A stretch of DNA of 31,888 bases, from positions 1 to 31,888 of IMG/VR virus record IMGVR_UViG_3300037743_000407; one strand, given 5' to 3'. Position 1 is the stretch's first letter; the number at the start of each line of letters is the position of its first letter. This document shows positions 8,293 through 15,220 of the stretch, piece by piece. The notes beneath the pieces are model-generated. The model saw nothing but the letters and a program-made list of their open reading frames with translations. It made no database searches and was not told where the DNA came from. Source of the stretch: a virus (taxonomy: Duplodnaviria > Caudoviricetes). The translations under genes and the position numbers were made by a program.

Positions 8293-8825
8293 TCACCTTC
8301 ACCGTCCGCGGCATCCCCGCCCCGCAGGGCTCCAAGCGCGCGTTCCGCAACAAGTACTCCGGTCGCATCCAGCAGGTCGAGTCGAGCAAGCGCGTGGCGC
8401 CGTGGCGCTCGGATGTGCGCGACGCGGCCATCGACGCGGTGACCGAGGACCGCGACGGCATGGGCTGGATGCGCGACCCGCTCACCGGCCCGGTGGCCGT
8501 CGCGCTCGAGTTCCGGATGCCGCGGCCGAAGGGCCACTACGGCAGCGGGCGCAACGCCGCGGTGCTCAGGGCCAGCGCGCCGACCCGTCCAGCCGGCAAG
8601 CCCGACGTCGACAAGCTGGCGCGCGCGATCCTCGACGCCATCACGGCCATCGTCATCGCCGACGACGCGCAGGTCGTGAGTCTGACCGCCTCGAAGGTCT
8701 ACGCCGACGAGCACCGCCCGGTCGGCGTTCATGTCGTCGTCACCGACCTCGACGCTGCCATCACACCGCCCGACGTGGACACGGTCTGGTTCGGCGGCCC
8801 CCTCATCCCCACCGAAGGAGACTGA
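8289..8825 (+). CDS. rusA: RusA-family Holliday junction resolvase
   Basis: GIPAPQGSKR, F.MPRPK, KPDVDKLARAILDAIT, DDAQVV. Confidence 0.92.
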   Translation: MITFTVRGIPAPQGSKRAFRNKYSGRIQQVESSKRVAPWRSDVRDAAIDAVTEDRDGMGWMRDPLTGPVAVALEFRMPRPKGHYGSGRNAAVLRASAPTRPAGKPDVDKLARAILDAITAIVIADDAQVVSLTASKVYADEHRPVGVHVVVTDLDAAITPPDVDTVWFGGPLIPTEGD

Positions 8826-8827
8826 CC

Positions 8828-10174
8828 ATGCCCACTGCCACCACCCCGAAGCCGGCCGCCGATTCGGCGGCGAATGACTGGAAGCCCGAGCTGCGCGACG
8901 TCCCGATAGAGGCGATCGACATGGTCGACAACGTGCGCGCCGGTGCTGGCGACGTGACTGACCTGCGTGATTCGATCAAGGCGCACGGCGTCATCAGCCC
9001 GATCCGGGTCGAGTCGGCCGGCACTCGCGACGGCACCGCGCACTATGCCCTGGTCTACGGCCAACGCCGGCTGGAAGCAGCCCGGGCGGCCGGGCTCACC
9101 ACCATCCCGGCGCTGGTTGATGCCGAGTACCGGACCGGGTCGAGCCTCGTCGTCACCCAGCTGATCGAGAACCTGCAGCGCGAGGATCTCAACGCGCTCG
9201 ACACCGCGCGGGCGTACCGGACCCTGCTCGACAGCGGCATGACCCAGCGCCAGCTCGCCGGCGAGCTCGGCATCGCGCAGCCGACGATCGCCAACACCCT
9301 GGCCCTGCTCAAGGCGCCCGAGGAGCTGCAGGCGCGGGTGGCCGCCGGCGAGCTGACCCGCAGTCACGTTGAGGCCATCGTGAAGCTGCCGAGGGCCGAG
9401 CAGGCCGAGGTGGCGCGGCGGGTGGTCGAGCACAAGCTGTCCACGCGCGACGTCGAGGAGGAGATCACCCGGGCCGCCGAACGCCAGGCGCAGGCCGACC
9501 GAGCCCGTGACGAGCGGCGGGCCTTGGCCGACGCGTCCGAGGCGGCGCTGGCCAAGAAGAAGCGCGGCGGCACGAAGGAGACCGCCATCCTGTTCAGCTA
9601 TGACCCGCAGCTGAACCACGAGCTCAAGCTGCGCGGCTGGACGGTGCTTGACGAGCGCCCGGGCTACTACGGCGCGCCGGCTGGCTGCGATTGCCCGGGC
9701 TGGGCGATCGTTTGGAACTACACGGGCGCCAAGCAGGACTCGGTGACGGTGACCGCGCAGTGCATCAAGCCTGCCCACATCAAGGCGGCCAACGACGCGG
9801 CCGAGGAACAGCGGGCGAAGCAGCGCGCCGAGTTTGAGGCCAAGCACGCTGCCGAGGCGACTGCACGCGCGGAGACGGTTGAGGCCGCCGTCGTGGCTGT
9901 CACGGCCGACGCGGACCTGCGCAACCGGCTCGTGCTGCTGGCCCTCATCGAGCACATGGGTAACTGGGACGAGGACGTCATCGCCTTCCTCGACTCGGTT
10001 ACCACCGATGACGACGAGGGCACCAGCACCCGGGACCTCGTCGGCAGGCTCGATCGCGAGGTGGTCGAGGCCGGTGCGCTGCGACTGTTGGCGGTCAGTG
10101 CGATCGACACGGGCATCGAGCTCGCCACCCCGCCCGCGTCGAAGCCGGCGAAGCGGTCGAAGGTGAAGGGCTGA
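8828..10174 (+). CDS. parB: ParB/Spo0J-like protein with long C-terminal extension
   Basis: GAAGGAG RBS; SIKAHGVISPI, YGQRRLEAA, LIENLQREDLN, HTH TQRQLAGELGIAQPTIANTL. Confidence 0.88.
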   Translation: MPTATTPKPAADSAANDWKPELRDVPIEAIDMVDNVRAGAGDVTDLRDSIKAHGVISPIRVESAGTRDGTAHYALVYGQRRLEAARAAGLTTIPALVDAEYRTGSSLVVTQLIENLQREDLNALDTARAYRTLLDSGMTQRQLAGELGIAQPTIANTLALLKAPEELQARVAAGELTRSHVEAIVKLPRAEQAEVARRVVEHKLSTRDVEEEITRAAERQAQADRARDERRALADASEAALAKKKRGGTKETAILFSYDPQLNHELKLRGWTVLDERPGYYGAPAGCDCPGWAIVWNYTGAKQDSVTVTAQCIKPAHIKAANDAAEEQRAKQRAEFEAKHAAEATARAETVEAAVVAVTADADLRNRLVLLALIEHMGNWDEDVIAFLDSVTTDDDEGTSTRDLVGRLDREVVEAGALRLLAVSAIDTGIELATPPASKPAKRSKVKG

Positions 10175-10176
10175 CG

Positions 10177-10341
10177 ATGCCCGCGCCCCGTCCGGCTCCC
10201 ACCGTCGACCCGGTCCACGACTGCGAGCTGTGCCGTGCGCTGCTCGCCCTGGCCGAGTCGGCGGTGCGCAATCGGGCGGCGGCCGATGAGCGACGCGCTA
10301 CGATGCGGGTCGTGCCGGCCCGCGACGAGGAGGACGCATGA
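10177..10341 (+). CDS. Hypothetical protein (54 aa)
   Basis: Hand-translated MPAPRPAPTVDPVHDCELCRALL...; ATGA overlap with the next gene. Confidence 0.55.
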   Translation: MPAPRPAPTVDPVHDCELCRALLALAESAVRNRAAADERRATMRVVPARDEEDA

Positions 10342-10454
10342 CCATCTGGGAAGCCTTCGAGCTCGGCGCCGCGGTGATCGTGCTGGCGGTTGCCGCCGGC
10401 CTGGCGATTGTCATCGTCGGGGCCGCCGTGCAGGCCGCGGGGCGGCGACGATGA
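10338..10454 (+). CDS. Small membrane protein (38 aa)
   Basis: GAGGAGG RBS; MTIWEAFELGAAVIVLAVAAGLAIVIVGAAVQAAGRRR. Confidence 0.7.
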   Translation: MTIWEAFELGAAVIVLAVAAGLAIVIVGAAVQAAGRRR

Positions 10455-10543
10455 GCGAGATAGCTGTGGCCGTCATCATCGTTCCGCTGGCCGCTCTCGC
10501 TGGCGGATGGCTCGGTTGGGAGATGGGGAGACGCCGCCGATGA
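10451..10543 (+). CDS. Small membrane protein (30 aa)
   Basis: MSEIAVAVIIVPLAALAGGWLGWEMGRRRR; ATGA overlaps at both ends. Confidence 0.6.
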   Translation: MSEIAVAVIIVPLAALAGGWLGWEMGRRRR

Positions 10544-10890
10544 GCCATGCCACCGATGCTCTCAAGCGCCTCGACAAGCTGGCCCGCCAGCGGGCGCGGG
10601 CCGACGTCCACACCGAGCGCGACGCGTACGCCGTGCTCGACGTCGACTACCTGTACCGCCTGGCCCTCGAACGGCAGGCCAGGCTGGGCGACGCGCTGCG
10701 CGCCGACGGCGACCTGACGGCCGCGATCGACGAGGCGTACGTGGCCCGCGTGTGGGACGCGGCGGCCGACGTGGCCATCGCCCTGGCCTACCTGGCCGAC
10801 CGGGTGACGCCGCACGGGGGCGCCATCCTGCCGGCCGTCGAGAGCCGCATGGCGCCGGCCAATCGGGCCGAGCGGCGGCGGAAGCGGTGA
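10540..10890 (+). CDS. Hypothetical all-alpha protein (weak MazG-like resemblance)
   Basis: ATGA start; VWDAAADVAIALAYLAD resembles the MazG-type E.ADV helix. Confidence 0.55.
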   Translation: MSHATDALKRLDKLARQRARADVHTERDAYAVLDVDYLYRLALERQARLGDALRADGDLTAAIDEAYVARVWDAAADVAIALAYLADRVTPHGGAILPAVESRMAPANRAERRRKR

Positions 10891-10988
10891 CCTTCGATCT
10901 GATCAGCTTTGTGCTCGGGGCTCTCGTAGGCGCGGCCGTCATCTGCTTCGTCGTCGGCGCACTCGTGGACAGGGCGCTGCGTCGATGA
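10887..10988 (+). CDS. Small membrane protein (33 aa)
   Basis: MTFDLISFVLGALVGAAVICFVVGALVDRALRR; GTGA/ATGA overlaps. Confidence 0.65.
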   Translation: MTFDLISFVLGALVGAAVICFVVGALVDRALRR

Positions 10989-12538
10989 CCCTGCCCCGTT
11001 CCCTCGACGACCTGGCCGGCCTGCGCGCCGCGCGCTGGATCCGCGAGAGCACCGCCGAGCAGACCGACCGCTACGGGCCGGCCGCGCAGCGCGAGCACCA
11101 GGACCGCGCCATCGCTCGTCACGGCCTGGTCGACAGCGGCCTGGTCTGGCAGGTCGCCCACTCCGGGCGCACGATCGCCACGACGCCGGCCTTCGTCCAG
11201 ATGATGGCCGCCGCCGGCGTTGAGTTCGACGTCCTGCTGGTCGGCTACGTCAGCCGCTTCGCGCGCGACCTCGAGACCGCGGTCACCGCCCGTCGTCAGC
11301 TGCACGCCGCCGACGCCGCGATCCTGTTCTGCGACGATGGCATCCTGACCAGCGACGTCGACCAGTGGGAGCGCTGGGCGCGCGAGGCGGTCGAGGCCGA
11401 GGCCTACAGCCACCGCCTGGCGCGCCGCATCAGCGAGGGCTATGCGGCCAAGTTCCGGGGCGGCGACCAGGGCGGCTCGCCCGGGCTCGGGTTCATGCGC
11501 ACGCCGGCGCCCGACAGCCGGCTGGTCATCGACCCGGCCGCCATGCCGCGCGCGGTGGCGCTGTTCGAGCGCTACGCGATCGGCAGCGTGTCGATCGCCG
11601 AGCTGGCCGCCGACGACGGAGGGCTCGGGGTCGAGGGCGTGCGCGCCATCCTGGCCAACCCGCTGTACAACGGCTGGGCGGTCCGCCATCGCCAGCGGCC
11701 CGACGAGAGCCGCAGCGCGGCGCCGTGGCGCTCGAGCCCGCCGGTGGACGACGAGCTGTGGGCCCGCGTCCAGGCCGTGCGCGCCGAGCGCCATCGCGGC
11801 GGCGGCGGGCCCGCTCGCCACGTGCACCTGCTCGCCAAGCGCCTGTGGTGCGCCTGCGGCCGCCGGCTGCGGGCCGACGTCGCCCACCAGCGGCGCTCGG
11901 CGCCGATCCGCCGCTACCGCCACGACGATCGCTGCATGGCCTGGTCGACGTCGACCGTGCCTGCCCGCCGCCTCGAGGAGGTCGTCGATCGCCAGCTGCG
12001 CGAGCTGCGGCTCGACGCGGCGTGGCTCGCGCGCCTGCGGCTGCTGGCCGGGCAGGCGGTGCCCGCGCCCCAGAGCGGGGAGCTGCGCCGCCGGCAGCTC
12101 GAGCGCGAGCTCGAGGGCAAGGCGCGGCTGCTCGCCCGCCGCCAGCTGACGACCGAGGCCTTCGTCGCCGAGTCCGAGCGCATCCGCGCCGAGCTCGACG
12201 CGCTCGAAACTGTTCCGACGTCGGTACGGTTGGTCGATCCCGACGCGGCCATCGTCGCGCTGCGGACGCTGCGCACGGCCTGGCGCGACGCGGATCCCGA
12301 CGTGCGCCGGCGTCTGGTGCGCGCCGTCTTCGAGCGGGTCGAGGTCGTCGACCCCGCCGTTCCGGTCGCCCTCCACCAACGGCTCACCCCCTGGGCCCGG
12401 GCGCACGGGCTGGCCACCGCGCTGCCGGTGACGGTGGTTCTAGCGTCCCCGGCAGGGGCCGGGCTGTGGCGCGCCACAGTCACCATCGAGGGACGCGCCG
12501 AGGAGCTGGCCGCCGCGCGGCGGGTGCGCAGCGCATGA
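10985..12538 (+). CDS. int: Large serine recombinase (phage integrase)
   Basis: WIRESTAEQ catalytic Ser, FDVLLVGYVSRFARD, recombinase domain VRAILANPLYNG, P.VDDELW..VQ, zinc ribbon CACG...YRH...C, coiled coil. Confidence 0.93.
   Translation: MTLPRSLDDLAGLRAARWIRESTAEQTDRYGPAAQREHQDRAIARHGLVDSGLVWQVAHSGRTIATTPAFVQMMAAAGVEFDVLLVGYVSRFARDLETAVTARRQLHAADAAILFCDDGILTSDVDQWERWAREAVEAEAYSHRLARRISEGYAAKFRGGDQGGSPGLGFMRTPAPDSRLVIDPAAMPRAVALFERYAIGSVSIAELAADDGGLGVEGVRAILANPLYNGWAVRHRQRPDESRSAAPWRSSPPVDDELWARVQAVRAERHRGGGGPARHVHLLAKRLWCACGRRLRADVAHQRRSAPIRRYRHDDRCMAWSTSTVPARRLEEVVDRQLRELRLDAAWLARLRLLAGQAVPAPQSGELRRRQLERELEGKARLLARRQLTTEAFVAESERIRAELDALETVPTSVRLVDPDAAIVALRTLRTAWRDADPDVRRRLVRAVFERVEVVDPAVPVALHQRLTPWARAHGLATALPVTVVLASPAGAGLWRATVTIEGRAEELAAARRVRSA
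12208..12231. promoter_or_regulatory. parS-like palindrome, copy 2 (AACTGTTCCGACGTCGGTACGGTT)
   Basis: 23/24 identical to the reverse complement of 5936-5959. Confidence 0.6.
12427..12484. other. Candidate attP inside the integrase 3' end
   Basis: Two 28-bp arms around GG (12455-56); outer inverted repeat 10/11, inner 6/6; left arm resembles a tRNA 3' end on the minus strand. Confidence 0.7.
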
Positions 12539-12843
12539 GCCGCCGACGCCTGGTCGTCAACCGCACCAACTACGAGCTCGCCGCGCCACTGGCCGAGCAC
12601 GGCGCCGCGCTGGCCGAGCTGTACCGCCGCTGGGTGGCCGAGGAGCAGCGATTGACCATCGAGCTCGGCGCCGACGAGCCGCCGACCTTCGCCGACTTCG
12701 TGGCCTGGATCGTCGAGCGTGGCAACCGCCACCCCCACCGCCCGCCGGGCCGGCCCGAGCACCCGGGCGCGCGCCGCAACCGCTCACGGGCCGCCCTGGC
12801 GCGTCACCAGCGTGAGCGCGAGCGGCAGACCGCCTCGGCCTAG
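12535..12843 (+). CDS. Hypothetical protein coupled to the integrase (102 aa, basic C-terminus)
   Basis: ATGA overlap with the int stop; MSRRRLVVNRTNYELAAP... Confidence 0.7.
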   Translation: MSRRRLVVNRTNYELAAPLAEHGAALAELYRRWVAEEQRLTIELGADEPPTFADFVAWIVERGNRHPHRPPGRPEHPGARRNRSRAALARHQRERERQTASA

Positions 12844-12868
12844 GTTCTGTACTCCGCCCGGCTAGGGT
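12838..12868 (+). promoter_or_regulatory. Putative late promoter, copy 1: GCCTAGGTTCTGTAC-N8-GCTAGGGT
   Basis: Repeated with identical spacing at 20975-21005; TANNNT -10-like box; lies at a module boundary. Confidence 0.7.
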
Positions 12869-12902
12869 GCCGGGTCATGAGCGCACCGCCCGCTGTTTCG
12901 CC

Positions 12903-13184
12903 GTGAGCGAACACGATGCAACCAACGGCGTGCGGGTCGCCAGCGCGGAGATCTACCGCCTGCTGCTCGAAGCCAACGGGCGTGTGTCATCCGTGCAACA
13001 GACGATCGAACAGGTCGTGATGCCGACGCTGAAACGGCATGCGGCTGTCCTCGACACAAAGGCTGAAAAGAGCGTTGTCGAGGATCACGAGAAGGAGCTC
13101 GAGCGCATGAAGGTGCAGGTGTGGGCGATCAGCGCCGGCCTCATCGCTGCGGGCATCGGTGCCAAGGGACTCGGGTTTCTGTGA
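12903..13184 (+). CDS. Coiled-coil protein with C-terminal TM helix (XhlA/holin-like topology)
   Basis: VEDHEKELERMK then VWAISAGLIAAGIGAKGLGFL; start uncertain (12867 or 12903). Confidence 0.6.
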   Translation: MSEHDATNGVRVASAEIYRLLLEANGRVSSVQQTIEQVVMPTLKRHAAVLDTKAEKSVVEDHEKELERMKVQVWAISAGLIAAGIGAKGLGFL

Positions 13185-13489
13185 GCGAGCGGATGCGCGG
13201 CCTGCTGGACGAATTGCCCGGGGCCCTGCTGCTGGCGATCCTCACGGCCGTCGTGACCCTGTTGCTGCTGGTCGCCATCTCCCTGGTCGTCGGCGGTGAC
13301 AACGAGCAGCATCGCCTCTCGTCGCGCTGCTTTGCCAATCAGACAACCTCCCTCATTCGGGAGTTGATCCTGGCGTCGGACGCACTGCGCGAGCGTATCG
13401 ACCTGTCGGACTTCCCGCCCATCGATATCACCGGCATCGATTGCGACGTGGTGTTCAGGCAGCTCGATGCTGAGGTACCGCACCCGTGA
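13181..13489 (+). CDS. Membrane protein (N-terminal TM, two Cys in the soluble part)
   Basis: GTGA start; LLLAILTAVVTLLLLVAISLVVGG. Confidence 0.7.
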   Translation: MSERMRGLLDELPGALLLAILTAVVTLLLLVAISLVVGGDNEQHRLSSRCFANQTTSLIRELILASDALRERIDLSDFPPIDITGIDCDVVFRQLDAEVPHP

Positions 13490-13899
13490 TTCGAGCCCTG
13501 CTGCTGGTCGCCCTCCTCACCGCTTGCGCTTCCGTCGCGGCGGCCGATCGCTGTCCGCCCGGCTGGCCGGTGAAGTTCACCGCCAACGAGAGCGAGCTGC
13601 ACGTCATCGTGCTGTCGAAGGGGACGCGGTTCTGTGCGAAGGCATCGACGGGGTTCGTGTCGGGCGTCATCGTCGCGGACGGAGAGCGGAGCCTCGATAC
13701 CTACCTGCCGGAAGACGATCGATGGACCATCGTCGGGCCGCCCAATGAGTCCGTGCCCGGCCCGGTGCCGACCCCGCGGCCGACCCCGCGACCGACCGCG
13801 GCGCCACAGCCGACAGCGTCTCCGGGCGGGGGCTCGGTGGCACCCACTCCTGGGCCGCCTTTCCCCAGCATGCTGCCCGACGCGGCGATGGACCGATGA
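13486..13899 (+). CDS. Putative lipoprotein/secreted protein with Pro-Thr linker and LPDAA end
   Basis: Signal peptide with lipobox LTAC; PTPRPTPRPT; terminal MLPDAAMDR. Confidence 0.7.
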   Translation: MIRALLLVALLTACASVAAADRCPPGWPVKFTANESELHVIVLSKGTRFCAKASTGFVSGVIVADGERSLDTYLPEDDRWTIVGPPNESVPGPVPTPRPTPRPTAAPQPTASPGGGSVAPTPGPPFPSMLPDAAMDR

Positions 13900-14000
13900 G
13901 CGGCGACTTCCTGTGGGGCTTTGCGGCCGGCGTGGCTGCCACCCTGATCGCCGTGGCGGTCCTGGCCTACGCCAGCGTTGATCGGACGCTGCATCGATGA
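13896..14000 (+). CDS. Small membrane protein (34 aa)
   Basis: MSGDFLWGFAAGVAATLIAVAVLAYASVDRTLHR; ATGA overlaps at both ends. Confidence 0.65.
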   Translation: MSGDFLWGFAAGVAATLIAVAVLAYASVDRTLHR

Positions 14001-14458
14001 ACGCCGTCGCTCTGCTGCTGGCGCTGCTCGTGTCGCTGACCGGCATCGACCGCACCGTCGACCCGGGCCTGACCGCCATCGCCGAGCGTCGCGTGGTCGA
14101 GATCAGCGCTTGCCCCGACGTCCTAGAGCCGGACCCGGCGACTGGTGAGCTGGTGTTGGTGCCGGGACCGTGCTGGAGTCACGACGGCAGCGACCCATGC
14201 TGCAACGAGGTGCTGGCCTTCAACAGCGGCTATGCCGACCCGGTGACGCACCTCGCCGAGCAGTGGCAGGGCTCGCCGGTGCACTGGGCGATTCTGACCG
14301 ATCCGGGCTACACCGCCATCGGTTGCGCGGTCGCCTTCGTCGAGAACCGCGCGTACGCCGCCTGCGTGCTGGCCGGTGGCGGGCAGCCAGCGACAGCGCC
14401 GTCGCCTCCTCCACCGCCCCCGCCGGGCCTGCCCGACACTGCCATGGAGGCGCCGTGA
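13997..14458 (+). CDS. Secreted CAP/SCP-domain protein
   Basis: Signal peptide; WSH, NEVLA, WQGSPVHWAILTDPGYTAIGCAV; ends in LPDTAMEAP. Confidence 0.8.
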   Translation: MNAVALLLALLVSLTGIDRTVDPGLTAIAERRVVEISACPDVLEPDPATGELVLVPGPCWSHDGSDPCCNEVLAFNSGYADPVTHLAEQWQGSPVHWAILTDPGYTAIGCAVAFVENRAYAACVLAGGGQPATAPSPPPPPPPGLPDTAMEAP

Positions 14459-14742
14459 TGCCCAGACCGATCAAGACATCGAAGACGACCGGGATCTACG
14501 GTGCTCCACTCGGCCACGAGGACAGCATCGGCGGGCTGCCCTACTGGCGTGCGACCAATGAGTACGGCGGCGTCACGGTCTACTCGGTGTGGACCTTCAG
14601 CGAAGATGAGCGCCGGGCCATCGCCGAGGGCGCGAATCTCGTGCTCGGCATTCTCGGCGAGCCGATCCCGCCGGTCTCGATGAGCCTGCGCAAGGCCGAA
14701 GGCGCTTTCGCACCGACCGACGACGAGCCCATCGCGCCATGA
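14458..14742 (+). CDS. Conserved-looking hypothetical phage protein
   Basis: GGAGG RBS; SVWTFSEDERRAIAEGANLVLGILG..PPVS. Confidence 0.7.
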   Translation: MPRPIKTSKTTGIYGAPLGHEDSIGGLPYWRATNEYGGVTVYSVWTFSEDERRAIAEGANLVLGILGEPIPPVSMSLRKAEGAFAPTDDEPIAP

Positions 14743-14927
14743 GCATCTACCAGGTCACCACCGCCGACCCCGAGCACCCGAACCCCGGTGTGGTCGCCGA
14801 CGACGAGCTCGACGCGCTCGAACAGGCCACCGGCGCCGGGCTGCTGGACGACGGCGACGAGGGCATCATCGAGGCGATCGCCGAACCCGAGGGCCTCGAG
14901 GACTACGAGCCGGAGGGACCGGGCTGA
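14739..14927 (+). CDS. Small acidic protein
   Basis: Coupled at both ends. Confidence 0.55.
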   Translation: MSIYQVTTADPEHPNPGVVADDELDALEQATGAGLLDDGDEGIIEAIAEPEGLEDYEPEGPG

Positions 14928-15220
14928 TGGCCGTGTACGCGCTAGTCACGGTCCAGGGTCGCCATCGCGCGTATCGCCTGCCTGTGTGTGATCGCCATGA
15001 GGCCCATCGATCTTCTGCTGAGCGGCAGATCGGGTATCTGATGGCGTTTGTACGGCACGGAAGGATCAGGACCGCCGCGCCCGCCTGTGGCGTTACTCCG
15101 CAAACGTTCAAGAACGTTCTCAGCGAGCTCTATTGCCGCCTTGGTGTTGATGGTCACCTGGCAGCGCTGGTGGCTCTCGGCTGGCTTAGTGTTCCGGCTT
15201 CCGTGGGTGAGGCCAACTGA
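14927..15220 (+). CDS. LuxR-type HTH protein (no sensor domain)
   Basis: S.AERQ...AAPACGVTPQTFKNVLSELYCRLGV; visibly lower GC. Confidence 0.65.
   Translation: MAVYALVTVQGRHRAYRLPVCDRHEAHRSSAERQIGYLMAFVRHGRIRTAAPACGVTPQTFKNVLSELYCRLGVDGHLAALVALGWLSVPASVGEAN

Noticed and set aside
10562-12406. 614-aa minus-strand ORF opposite the integrase
   Set aside because: High-GC shadow ORF with no motifs; fully overlaps a clear gene.
12441-12456. Complete tRNA gene on the minus strand
   Set aside because: Only a 3'-end-like fragment is present; there is no TTC loop, anticodon arm or D arm. Treated as an attP arm.
14925-14945. TGATGGCCGTGTACGC as a third copy of the 4149/26220 motif
   Set aside because: Lacks the central GCCAGAGC; the match is too short.
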